NCBI GenBank assembly: GCA_965222605.1
Contig: OZ244960.1
Span: 800,001-864,000, forward strand
DNA length: 64,000 bases
Origin: Candidatus Latescibacterota bacterium
Lineage (GTDB): Bacteria > Latescibacterota > UBA2968
Direction of reading: 5' to 3'
Below, piece after piece: positions 37,605-46,917 of the stretch. The notes under the pieces were generated by a model, which did no database searches, was not told where the DNA came from, and saw only the letters and a list, made by a program, of their open reading frames with translations. The translations under genes were made by a program, and so were the position numbers. How positions within the stretch are numbered: position 1 is the first letter of the stretch; each line of letters starts with the position of its first letter.

Positions 37605-37689
37605 TGCCGAGGACGGGACTCGAACCCGTACGGGCGATTAGCCCAAGGGATTTTAAGTCCCTCGTGTCTACCAATTCCACCACCTCGGC
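37605..37689 (-). tRNA. tRNA-Leu(TAA), CCA not encoded
   Basis: GCCGAGG acceptor, GGGAC-TTAAAA-TCCC anticodon arm, long variable arm, GGTTCGAGT. Confidence 0.95.
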
Positions 37690-37767
37690 ACTGCAAAAAA
37701 AAGATAAAGGTGTCCTGCTTGTCAAACGCACAATTCTCTCTTTATCTACAAAAATCTCATCACAGAA

Positions 37768-38673
37768 TTATCCATCCAACCGTTCGGCCAGCGCACAGGT
37801 GGCTGGCGTGCCATCTACCTCTGCAAACACTTTTCCAAACTCCTCCCGAGAAACCTGTCGCGTATTCTCTCCGCGATACTGAAATTGCAGTGCCCTGCGG
37901 CGATGCGGACTGCGGTTGGGAGGCGTCTGATGGGGCAGCATCGCCGAAAAGATCATCGCCCCTCCCGCCTTCATTTCCAATGGAACTGCGTCGCTATAAT
38001 CCAACCGACCTTCCACAATCTGACAGTCAATCGCATGTACGTGTTTAAATGCCTCGCCCTTATGTCTGCCGGGCAACACATGCATGCACCCATTCTCCAC
38101 CGTTGCGTCATCCAGCGTAATCCACGCCGTAGCAACTGCCTCTAAAGGCAACCAGTCAAAATAGGCATTGTCCTGATGCCAGGGCTTTTCCGATCCAATA
38201 AACGGCGGTTTGGAAAGGGCCATCTCGTTTTTCAAAACCACCTTCTGCCCCAGAACGCGCTCCACAAATCCCTTGATACGCGGATGTTCGACCAGGGCTT
38301 GAAACGTGGGATGAGCCTGATGATACCCATGCAGCTTGCGAAATTTAAGCTCGGCTTCGGCATTTGCCAACGATAGAGGCTCCTCAATACCCGGCTCAAA
38401 ATGGATCCCAAACGGACCGTCCAATTCCTGCACCTGAGTCCCAGCATAGTTCCCTCTTGCCCCGGATTTTGCTTCCCAAACCCGCGCCCGTCCCCCGCGT
38501 GCCTCGTCCATCAACCACCCCGTGATCTCGCTCAAAGCTGTCTGAGTGGCCTCGACCTCTTCGGCGGTCAACACATTTTCAAATGCCAGATACCCATCTC
38601 GGTGAAATTGCGCCACCAGGGCATCGTCCAGGTCCTCTGGACAATCCGGCAAACACACTATCGACAAAGACAT
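37768..38673 (-). CDS. Phytanoyl-CoA dioxygenase (PhyH) family protein
   Basis: KPWHQD, ATVENGCM.VLPG.H, LPH...N...RR. Confidence 0.92.
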   Translation of the reverse strand: MSLSIVCLPDCPEDLDDALVAQFHRDGYLAFENVLTAEEVEATQTALSEITGWLMDEARGGRARVWEAKSGARGNYAGTQVQELDGPFGIHFEPGIEEPLSLANAEAELKFRKLHGYHQAHPTFQALVEHPRIKGFVERVLGQKVVLKNEMALSKPPFIGSEKPWHQDNAYFDWLPLEAVATAWITLDDATVENGCMHVLPGRHKGEAFKHVHAIDCQIVEGRLDYSDAVPLEMKAGGAMIFSAMLPHQTPPNRSPHRRRALQFQYRGENTRQVSREEFGKVFAEVDGTPATCALAERLDG

Positions 38674-38761
38674 CCTGCCCTCCTGCATTATATCGCAATA
38701 TCAAACACCGTTTCTAAATAAATTTAAAGCATTTCAACACGGTTGACAAGGACATCGAAAT

Positions 38762-38805
38762 AATCAACCGGTCAATCTCATCGTCGAGACTGACCGGTTG
38801 ATTTT
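38762..38805. terminator. Hairpin downstream of tRNA-Cys
   Basis: AATCAACCGGTCA...TGACCGGTTGATT. Confidence 0.75.
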
Positions 38806-38879
38806 TGGAGGTGCCGGGCGGATTCGAACCGCCGATAAAGGCTTTGCAGGCCTCTGCCTTACCGCTTGGCCACGGCACC
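38806..38879 (-). tRNA. tRNA-Cys(GCA)
   Basis: GGTGCCG acceptor, GCA anticodon, GGTTCGAAT, U discriminator + CCA. Confidence 0.95.
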
Positions 38880-38907
38880 CGATATGCTATGTGATTTGCG
38901 AAGCGTT

Positions 38908-38936
38908 AAAATACCGTACTTTATATCGAATGTCAA
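38908..38936 (-). promoter_or_regulatory. Sigma70 promoter of tRNA-Cys
   Basis: TTGACA-N17-TATTTT. Confidence 0.6.
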
Positions 38937-38951
38937 GGGGGCGTATTTATA

Positions 38952-39605
38952 TTACCGCGCAGCCCAGTTAATACCGCGTCGCTGGATCTCTTTTGCCTCT
39001 GGTACATCAAAATCTACGGCTTTGTGCCCCAGGGAAGAGTAAAACAAGCGCCCCTCTCCCCACATACGCTTCCAAACCACCGGCATCACACAGCCATTGA
39101 CCCAGGGGGCCACATCGGTCTCAAACGTCGTTGTCACCAGCACTTCATTACCCGGATCGGTATGCATATAATACTGCTCGGAATGCATCGCAAAATCGCT
39201 CAGACCCGCCACAATCGGATCATCTGCTTTTTCCGGCACAATATTGACCTCATAATCAATCACCCCACCCGGATGCGACACCCATTGCCCACCCGTCATC
39301 CACTGATAGCCCGTATTATTGCGAAACGCATCGCACATTCCACCGTGCCACCCGGCCAGTCCAACGCCGTTCTTAACCGCCCCTTGAAGCCCCTGCTCCT
39401 GCTCCTTTTCTATACTACCCATCGTCCAACACGGCACAACAACGCTCAGTTCCGACATATAATCCGCATCCGTATAAACATCCATGGAATCGCGAACATC
39501 CACGTCAAACCCATCCGCTTCCAGCAGCGGTGCGAAAACATCTACACATTCCTTTGGCTCATGCCCGGCCCAACCACCCCATACCATCAAAGCTTTCTTG
39601 CTCAT
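38952..39605 (-). CDS. ThuA-like domain protein
   Basis: [31 protein letters not shown]. Confidence 0.9.
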   Translation of the reverse strand: MSKKALMVWGGWAGHEPKECVDVFAPLLEADGFDVDVRDSMDVYTDADYMSELSVVVPCWTMGSIEKEQEQGLQGAVKNGVGLAGWHGGMCDAFRNNTGYQWMTGGQWVSHPGGVIDYEVNIVPEKADDPIVAGLSDFAMHSEQYYMHTDPGNEVLVTTTFETDVAPWVNGCVMPVVWKRMWGEGRLFYSSLGHKAVDFDVPEAKEIQRRGINWAAR

Positions 39606-39630
39606 CTTTGTCTCCTTTTTTGTAAATCTA

Positions 39631-40686
39631 TCAACTGCCCAGCGCAAAGGCCAGGCCTCGTTCTTCTGCTGTTTTCTTCAGGTCATTTAACGTAACAGCA
39701 TTCAAGGGTATGCCATGTGTGCGATACGCGTTGCGCCGCAGGGCTTCGGGCTCACCAGGGACAAATAGCCGATCCACCCCAGGTGCCCTTTTGCAAGCGT
39801 GAATCTGCTGAATCGCTTTGTCAACCCGCGCCTTGAATCGCGCCACATCTTCAAAAGCACCCACCCGAATAGCCGCCACAAAATGGCCATCTTCACCTGC
39901 ACGTGGTCCCTCTTCCATATTGCCCAATTCGGTGCCATAGCTCGCGCCGGACAGCATGGAAGACAAAATCCCCATCACCATCGCCAGAGCCACACCCTTA
40001 AATTGCCCAATCGGCATCAGCAGACCATCTATCGCCTTTACGGGATCAGTCGTCGGCACCCCGTCCGCATCCATGGCCCACCCTTCTGGCAAGATCAGCC
40101 CTTTTTGTTCATATACGCGAATCTTCCCATGCGCAGAGCCGGAAAATGCCGCGTCAAAAACAATGGGAAATTCCCCACCAGCGGGAATGGCCACACTCAA
40201 GGGATTGATACCCAGGATACGCTCGGCACCTCCCCACGGAGCCATTGTGGGCAAGGCATTGGTCGTCGCAACCCCAATCATATCGCAATCCAGCGCCATA
40301 CGCGCAAAATACCCCACGGCACCGCAGTGATTACTGCCCCGAATACCCGCGGCCGCTATACCAATATCTCGAGCGCGTGCAATCACCTGCTGCATCGCAA
40401 ACGCCGCCCCGATCTGCCCCATAGAATTGCCCCCATCCACCACGAGACACGCCCCATTATCCTTCACCACCTCGGGTTTGCCATTTGGATCCACGCCATC
40501 AACCGTCAACTTCTCCACGTATTCGGGAACGCGCAATACCCCGTGCGAATGCACCCCGCCGAGGTCGGCATCCACCAGCGAATCCGCCAACAGATGTGCA
40601 TCCCCTGCACGCATCTCACACGTCTCAAAAATTGCCTGTACCAAATCCAACAGCGACCGAGCAGGTACACGCGTTTCGTTCTCCAT
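39631..40686 (-). CDS. Ldh_2 (type 2 malate/L-lactate/sulfolactate dehydrogenase) family
   Basis: [32 protein letters not shown]. Confidence 0.92.
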   Translation of the reverse strand: MENETRVPARSLLDLVQAIFETCEMRAGDAHLLADSLVDADLGGVHSHGVLRVPEYVEKLTVDGVDPNGKPEVVKDNGACLVVDGGNSMGQIGAAFAMQQVIARARDIGIAAAGIRGSNHCGAVGYFARMALDCDMIGVATTNALPTMAPWGGAERILGINPLSVAIPAGGEFPIVFDAAFSGSAHGKIRVYEQKGLILPEGWAMDADGVPTTDPVKAIDGLLMPIGQFKGVALAMVMGILSSMLSGASYGTELGNMEEGPRAGEDGHFVAAIRVGAFEDVARFKARVDKAIQQIHACKRAPGVDRLFVPGEPEALRRNAYRTHGIPLNAVTLNDLKKTAEERGLAFALGS

Positions 40687-40697
40687 TGCACTATCCC

Positions 40698-41435
40698 TCA
40701 ATGCTTGCAAGCCACATGCCGATCTTCGTATTTCCCCTTCAAAAACTTTTCGGGATTGAGTGCTTCGGGCAAATAATGCCATGCCGTGCTATAGCGCGTG
40801 CGATTGCTGTGATTGTCATTGGAACCGTGCAGGAGATTGGCGGAAAACAGAACAACAGTACCCGCGGGAATGATCAAATCAACAGCCCGTGATTCATCGA
40901 CCTTTGTCCAACTGCCATGCCTGCCTGGGTTTCTGCGGTGCTCGACAATCTCACCCATCCGGTGACTGCCGGGCACCACCCGCAAACACCCATTCTCCAC
41001 ATCGGAATCTTCCAGATAAATACCGCAACTAATAATGCGATCCGTATCGGTCCCAAAATAATAATTGTCCTGATGCCAGCCCGTTGATGTGCCGCCATTG
41101 GGCAACTTCGGAAAAAACTTGGTGCCAAACAAATCGATATTTTCACCAATCAATGCCGCCACGCGGTCTAAAATCGCCGGCTCGCGCGCCAGTTCCAACA
41201 CCCGGGAATCAACCACGCAAACGCCCTGAATTTTGTGCAACAAACCCGCCCGAGGCGAACCGCGCTCGTCTAACTCGAGCGTCCAGTGCGGTACCTCCTC
41301 GGTCAGATTGCGCCCCTCTGCGACCAGTTCATCAAATACCTGCTTGTAATAGGCCAATCGCTCGCCCTGGATCAGGCTCTCAAAAACGAGATACCCATCT
41401 TCTCGAAACCGCTGCACCTGTTCATCTGTCAACAT
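40698..41435 (-). CDS. PhyH family dioxygenase
   Basis: GWHQD, ENGCLRVVPGSH, LLHGS..N. Confidence 0.92.
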   Translation of the reverse strand: MLTDEQVQRFREDGYLVFESLIQGERLAYYKQVFDELVAEGRNLTEEVPHWTLELDERGSPRAGLLHKIQGVCVVDSRVLELAREPAILDRVAALIGENIDLFGTKFFPKLPNGGTSTGWHQDNYYFGTDTDRIISCGIYLEDSDVENGCLRVVPGSHRMGEIVEHRRNPGRHGSWTKVDESRAVDLIIPAGTVVLFSANLLHGSNDNHSNRTRYSTAWHYLPEALNPEKFLKGKYEDRHVACKH

Positions 41436-41507
41436 AAAATCTCCCTTTCTTTTGTTTTTTCATCTGTGTTAATCCGTGTTCATCGGTGGGATAGCTCAAA
41501 TTACTCG

Positions 41508-42476
41508 CTATCTTCTTTTGTCTTTTGGTTGTTTTCGAATTTTCCGATTCAACTTCGCGGCTTTCACCAACTCGCGCTCCAACAATTTATAATAAGCCGC
41601 AGAATCCATCGTCGCTTTTTTTTTCACTAAAGCCTGCACCTCGTCAATCGCCTTGCCATAAGCTGCAACAAGCGTGGGCGAAGCACCTTTGGGAACGCGA
41701 AAATTGAGCAAAAAACAACGATCCGCCAACATCCCATCGCCCGCGTCAATATCGGACAGACGCGTACCCAAACCATCGCCATTATCGTCCAAAATCGCGT
41801 TCTCTGTCGCAATCAGACCCTCACCCAAAAACCACGCATCTGTCAGTGAAGATGCTTGTGTGCAAATCTCCAGAAACGAAATGCGGTCATCGCGATTCTG
41901 ATCAGCACTTCCATCCTCCAGTGCCTGCACAAAAAAATGCATAAATTGCGTAGCATTGCGCTGTTCCGTACTGCGCGTACTCGCACATATAATACGCCCA
42001 TCTCGACTCAGAGCATTGACAAAAGGCGCGCTCATCGATGCGCCATTAACAACAATAATGCGCCGCGCGGATATCGATCTCAAAAATCCATCCAGAACCT
42101 CAATTGTCAAATCCGCACCGGGAATATTCAGCTTGCCAACCTGGCGCCGATAGCTCCCGTGTCCAATCAAAAAAATGAACACATCGTCGCTCGGCGTTAC
42201 CCGTTTTGACAACTCGTGCATCGCATTTCGAATACCTCCTATTGACGACACACCATCGGCATTCTCGCCCGTCTCATTTACCAATTGCACATTTGCTGCG
42301 GGATGATCGCATCGATCAATCAGCACCCGGCGCAAACGCTGCCCCCAATCGTCAAACCGCTCGGAATACACATCCTCGCCACCACTACCGCTGATAATCA
42401 CATCGAAAATAGCGGCATCCGCCTGCGCCAACATCAACACCCATATTGGGAAAACCCATAACGCGCTTTTTTTCAC
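41508..42476 (-). CDS. Secreted caspase/C13-fold-like hypothetical protein
   Basis: Signal peptide, FLIGHGS, LDDNGDG; GTG overlaps upstream stop. Confidence 0.55.
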   Translation of the reverse strand: MKKSALWVFPIWVLMLAQADAAIFDVIISGSGGEDVYSERFDDWGQRLRRVLIDRCDHPAANVQLVNETGENADGVSSIGGIRNAMHELSKRVTPSDDVFIFLIGHGSYRRQVGKLNIPGADLTIEVLDGFLRSISARRIIVVNGASMSAPFVNALSRDGRIICASTRSTEQRNATQFMHFFVQALEDGSADQNRDDRISFLEICTQASSLTDAWFLGEGLIATENAILDDNGDGLGTRLSDIDAGDGMLADRCFLLNFRVPKGASPTLVAAYGKAIDEVQALVKKKATMDSAAYYKLLERELVKAAKLNRKIRKQPKDKRR

Positions 42477-44830
42477 GGCTCTCCCCGCTTCCGTCTCAAA
42501 TACCATTCAACGCAGAGCAACAACACGAGTAAAATATAAAAAGGCGGAAAATGCCACAACGGAAAACGATCTAACCGCGCATGGGCCTGGTCGGTATATG
42601 GAATCTGCTCTGCCAATTCGTCGAGTGCGTCCAACTCGACAAATTTGCCCCCCGTATGTGCAGACAAGCGCCTTAAAAAATCGGGATTATAACGCGCAGA
42701 CAAAAACTCGAGATTATCTGGACGCGCCAGCACAGCCGCGTCCAACTGCCCAACATCCGCGCCATCGGCACCGCGTGCAATAAGTCTTACGCGGTGCAAT
42801 CCCGCTTCTGTAGCCTCAAAGGTCGCAGAATACGCACCCACCTCGGCAATAGATTCAGAAACCGGCAACCTGATCGTCCCGCCATTCGGTATCTCGACCT
42901 GTACATCGACGGACAGCCCTTCGCGGGATTCAAAAAGAGAATCGCGCACCACAAACTTCAAATCGCGCATGTCCTCCACCACGACATCCTCGCCGCTTTC
43001 GATCATCGTCACAGGCTCGGGGACCCGCATCGCCAGCAAACGCGCCAACTGCCGCCAAAAGCGTTCGTGGGCGGCATCGTCAATATTCTGCATCATCTGC
43101 CACTGCCATGTCTCGCCCGTGCCCAGCGCCGCACTCAAACCCTCTCCATACCGCTGCCAGGCAAACAGCGGTTGTCCATCCACAGCTTCAGACTCGGTAT
43201 CCACCGTCGCCATCACCGTTGCACCAGCGCGCACAGATGCAAACGCATTGACCCCGTAAAGTGCGGATAAATTCGCCCACTGCTCGGCATTGACTTCGGT
43301 ATCTTCGCTCAAAGACCAGACCCCCGACAACAAGCCTTCAATCGTCGGCCTCGCGCGAAAAGCCACATCGTCGTAATCGCCTGCCGGACCCAATACAACG
43401 GGCAACATCGATTCAATAGCCGAATGTGCCCACCCGCCCTCTGAGTAAGCGCGCGGACCGCCCAGCATCAAAAAACTGCCTCCGCGTTTGGACACAAATT
43501 CCCGCGTTAAATTGAGTTGTGCAAGAGAAAAGAAATCGCGCTCAATATCCCCCCAGATCACCAGATGGTAGCGAAAAAGCTCTGAGACATCTGAGGGATA
43601 CCCGCTCGCCAACTCCGATTTTGACACGCCAATGCGAATAAAAACCGCTTCGTCATAACGCGGCGCATTCAACGCCTGATCGTCAAAGCCCTCAAAAAGG
43701 GGATTCGCCATCGTCGCATCGCGTCCGCGGAATACAAACTTGCGTTCGGCACCAGAAATGCGAACCAGACTCGACAGAACAAGTTGCGGCGCCCCGTCTA
43801 AGGCACGCCTCAAAAACTTGCCCTCCCAGTTGGGTCGCCCGCTAAAATACAAAATGCGAAAAACGCGCTCGCGATTATCCACCAGAATATCTCGCGCATT
43901 ATTCGCAGCAATGCGATCTTTGGTCGCAACACCCGTAGTATCTGCCAAACGCGCACGCACGCGGTGCGCCAGCCATCCATCTCTTTGCGGATCAAAATGG
44001 AGCCGAACGTAATTCTCTTCTTGCGGTCCCACAATAGAAAGCGGTGACGACGCCACCACCCGCTTGCCGTCCAGTACCTCAACCATCACATCTTCACCAC
44101 CCAACCCCTCGGCCATCACCCGCGCCGTAACCGCCACCTCATCGGACCGCACGCGCGACACCGACACATCGGCCAATGCCAGGTCGCGCCAGAGATCATC
44201 GCGTCCGACCCCCACCGTAAAAACGGGCACATCGCTGGGCAAATCCGTTATCTGAACAGGCGCGGCACTTTGCTGCACCCCATCACTAAACAACACCACA
44301 GCCGACACCGCAGCACCCGACATTTGCTTGAGCACCCCGCGAACTGCGCCGCCAATATCTGATCGTCTCTGATCAAACGCGAGGCCCTCAACCTCATTTA
44401 CGCGCGCTGTTGTGCTGCCAAATCGAAACCGCGCCACCTGATGGGACTGCGTCAACACGCGCTCAAAATCCGACGCCTGATACGCCTCCACAAATCGTTC
44501 TGCTCGCGTCTGTCCACCATTTTCGGACACCGTCATACTTCGGGAATCATCGAACAAAACAGGCACAAAATGCGTGCCAGGCTCCAACTTCCGCGCCACC
44601 AGCGCAGGCCCCAATAACAAAAACAACACCAGCGTTAATGCCAGCGAGCGCAACCCAATCAACACCTTTGAAAGTGTGGGTCGTCGCCTGTGCCAGAACC
44701 CCACACCCGCACAAAAAACAACGCCGAGCAAGACCAGCGCCACAGGCCATGCGACATCCAGTACAAACCGCACATCGCGATACGCAACGGCGCGATCTCC
44801 GGCCAATAAGTGTAATAACCAGTCAGTCAT
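42473..44830 (-). CDS. Membrane vWA + glutamine-amidotransferase-like protein
   Basis: DDSRSM MIDAS, FSDG, GGSFLMLGG, C-terminal EWYLRR. Confidence 0.8.
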   Translation of the reverse strand: MTDWLLHLLAGDRAVAYRDVRFVLDVAWPVALVLLGVVFCAGVGFWHRRRPTLSKVLIGLRSLALTLVLFLLLGPALVARKLEPGTHFVPVLFDDSRSMTVSENGGQTRAERFVEAYQASDFERVLTQSHQVARFRFGSTTARVNEVEGLAFDQRRSDIGGAVRGVLKQMSGAAVSAVVLFSDGVQQSAAPVQITDLPSDVPVFTVGVGRDDLWRDLALADVSVSRVRSDEVAVTARVMAEGLGGEDVMVEVLDGKRVVASSPLSIVGPQEENYVRLHFDPQRDGWLAHRVRARLADTTGVATKDRIAANNARDILVDNRERVFRILYFSGRPNWEGKFLRRALDGAPQLVLSSLVRISGAERKFVFRGRDATMANPLFEGFDDQALNAPRYDEAVFIRIGVSKSELASGYPSDVSELFRYHLVIWGDIERDFFSLAQLNLTREFVSKRGGSFLMLGGPRAYSEGGWAHSAIESMLPVVLGPAGDYDDVAFRARPTIEGLLSGVWSLSEDTEVNAEQWANLSALYGVNAFASVRAGATVMATVDTESEAVDGQPLFAWQRYGEGLSAALGTGETWQWQMMQNIDDAAHERFWRQLARLLAMRVPEPVTMIESGEDVVVEDMRDLKFVVRDSLFESREGLSVDVQVEIPNGGTIRLPVSESIAEVGAYSATFEATEAGLHRVRLIARGADGADVGQLDAAVLARPDNLEFLSARYNPDFLRRLSAHTGGKFVELDALDELAEQIPYTDQAHARLDRFPLWHFPPFYILLVLLLCVEWYLRRKRGEP

Positions 44831-44878
44831 AGAATGCGAGTAAACAGAATTTTAAGACGACCTGGTTGGGTGTGTCAG

Positions 44879-45526
44879 TCATGGGGGATATACCTCTCCG
44901 GGGTCAAACGATTGACCGAGAAACCGCAAGGCTCTTTCCAAGGTACCGAAGCACGGCACATCGGCGTCTCGCAAGCGGTCAAAGTCGAGCATCTGCGTCA
45001 TCGGAAGTTGGTCAAGCGTTGGTTTGTAGCTTCTATTCGGCGGAAAGTGGCGAGACAACCACTCTTTGACGCCCCTACTTGCTTCCCACGATGTGTGATC
45101 CCATATCGTTCCCGCTTTCAGACCGGGACGATCTCGTCCTGCCTGATCTTTGACCGGTTTGCCTGCTATGAGATCAAGGCAAGGCAGGAAAAGCACTTCA
45201 TATTCGGGTTTTAGCAAGACGACTGAGGACGGAAAGGGGAGGTTGAGTTGTCGCAGCCAGTTCGCCATCTCTGGTCCTCGTTCTTTCGGACAGTCATCGT
45301 CTTCGTCGCGGAGTATAAGGAGCGCGCGGACATTTGCCCGTGCGCGAATGAACTCTGCTCCTTTTCGCAGGCCCTCTTCCGAGTGTAGATTTTTCCAGCG
45401 AATAGGATTTGACCAGGGAAAATAAATGCCGAGATCAGCGGAAAGTCGCGTGAGAAGATTTCCCACTGCTTGGACCTCGCCGTGTCCTTCCACCAAGGCG
45501 TAAGCTGTTCCCCCCGGGTTTATCAC
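44879..45526 (-). CDS. DUF4276-like TOPRIM-fold protein
   Basis: LVEGHGE, LRDEDDDCP, EYE.LFL, Y....DQ. Confidence 0.75.
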   Translation of the reverse strand: MINPGGTAYALVEGHGEVQAVGNLLTRLSADLGIYFPWSNPIRWKNLHSEEGLRKGAEFIRARANVRALLILRDEDDDCPKERGPEMANWLRQLNLPFPSSVVLLKPEYEVLFLPCLDLIAGKPVKDQAGRDRPGLKAGTIWDHTSWEASRGVKEWLSRHFPPNRSYKPTLDQLPMTQMLDFDRLRDADVPCFGTLERALRFLGQSFDPGEVYPP

Positions 45527-46677
45527 TTCGCGGTCTCCTGTTCCTCTTGCCGCAGTCCCTCCATTGTCATCAGTTCGCCCAACCTTAAAAGACGATCAGA
45601 GACCGCTTTGCGTTGGTATTGGGCCATAGGGTGGATGCTCGTCGCGCCATTTGTGCGTTCCACAACTTGGACTTCGTGTGGTTTTACCAAGTCCAAAAAT
45701 TCGGGGCTGTGAGTTGTGATGATGACTTGGCTTTGCTTGCTGGCCTGTCGCAAATAGTCCATCAGGAGGGGTAATGCGCCGGGATGAACGGTCAGTTCAG
45801 GTTCTTCAATGCCAATAATTGGCAACGGTGGTTCTTGGAGCAGAGCTGTCAAGATTCCCGCGACGCGGAGTGTGCCATCGGATTCTTGTGCCGCATCGAA
45901 CCACTGGCTCCGTCCTTTCGGCTTGCGCCGAAATTGAGCCACCAAGTAGTTTGCTATCCTATTTACCTTGATACCTCTAATATCCCCAGTGAGACGATTA
46001 AGTCCCGCCACAACCTCAGGCTCCCAGGTTGACTGTTTCTGATCTTGCAAGATTGAGACCCAGTTATCGCCGTGTTTGTGCATCGGCTTGTCTGGATTGT
46101 ACTTCTGGGGCTGTCTCAGAGTATCGGGATAAATTGAATAAATCACCAATCGTGAGAGCAGATCAAAGAGAGGGGTGAACCGCTTGTCTCCAGCGACTGT
46201 TGGAAGCGCAAGGCTGGTGGGGTTTATTTTTGGCTCAAGTCCCGGCGGTCCGAGCCATCTACGCGATCCGTCATGATGATCACGCGTGAAACTCACTTCG
46301 TCTCGGTCTGTAGAAAGACGCGCCTCTTCCAATTTGACTCCGAACGCTTGGCCTTGATACGAAGCGATTTCGAATGCGTAGGAGCCTGGGCATGATTCCA
46401 GTTTAACGTCGAGCTTGATGGAAATGTTGTGTGGATCGCTTGAACCCCGATGCCTGATCGCGTCAAAGCCTCCCCGAACGCTAAGTGCGTGTGAGAGGCC
46501 CATGTGCATGGCATCGCGGACAAAGGTAAGCACATCGACAACATTGCTCTTGCCCGAGCCATTGGGGCCGACGAGAACAGTCATGGGTCCCAAAGGAATG
46601 TGCTGCTCCCGTCCTATACTTTTGTAGTTCGAGACAGTGATTCCCGTGATTTTTGTACGCTGTTCGTTCATGTTCAA
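45523..46677 (-). CDS. AAA_21/ABC-type ATPase
   Basis: GPNGSGKSN, ESDGTLR, IEEPE..VHP, TTHSP. Confidence 0.9.
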   Translation of the reverse strand: MNMNEQRTKITGITVSNYKSIGREQHIPLGPMTVLVGPNGSGKSNVVDVLTFVRDAMHMGLSHALSVRGGFDAIRHRGSSDPHNISIKLDVKLESCPGSYAFEIASYQGQAFGVKLEEARLSTDRDEVSFTRDHHDGSRRWLGPPGLEPKINPTSLALPTVAGDKRFTPLFDLLSRLVIYSIYPDTLRQPQKYNPDKPMHKHGDNWVSILQDQKQSTWEPEVVAGLNRLTGDIRGIKVNRIANYLVAQFRRKPKGRSQWFDAAQESDGTLRVAGILTALLQEPPLPIIGIEEPELTVHPGALPLLMDYLRQASKQSQVIITTHSPEFLDLVKPHEVQVVERTNGATSIHPMAQYQRKAVSDRLLRLGELMTMEGLRQEEQETAK

Positions 46678-46916
46678 CTCTCTTTCAGCAAAGCATTTAG
46701 AGTCTCTAACATTTTCCGAAAACGATCAAGAGTCGATTCGTCTAACTCTTTCTCAAGTGAACTTATCTGATCGCTGAAGTAGCGAGCCGGGCGGTAATGG
46801 CTGAAGCCTGCCTTATTCGGCTTCTGCTCGATCCGCGCGATGACATCGGGCGGAAGCGGCCGGAGGTCGTCGAGCTCTCTCTTGAGGCGATCAACGGTTT
46901 CGATGATGTTGGGCAT
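46674..46916 (-). pseudogene. Chimeric remnant: Fic-like N-terminus fused to an ATPase/OLD-like C-terminus
   Basis: MPNIIETVDRLKRELDDLRPLP... joined to FSHYRPARYF...TLDRF...LNALL. Confidence 0.5.
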
Positions 46917-46917
46917 A

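Noticed and set aside
37697-37725. Sigma70 promoter for tRNA-Leu(TAA)
   Set aside because: TTGACA present, but the -10-like hexamer is only 13 bp away
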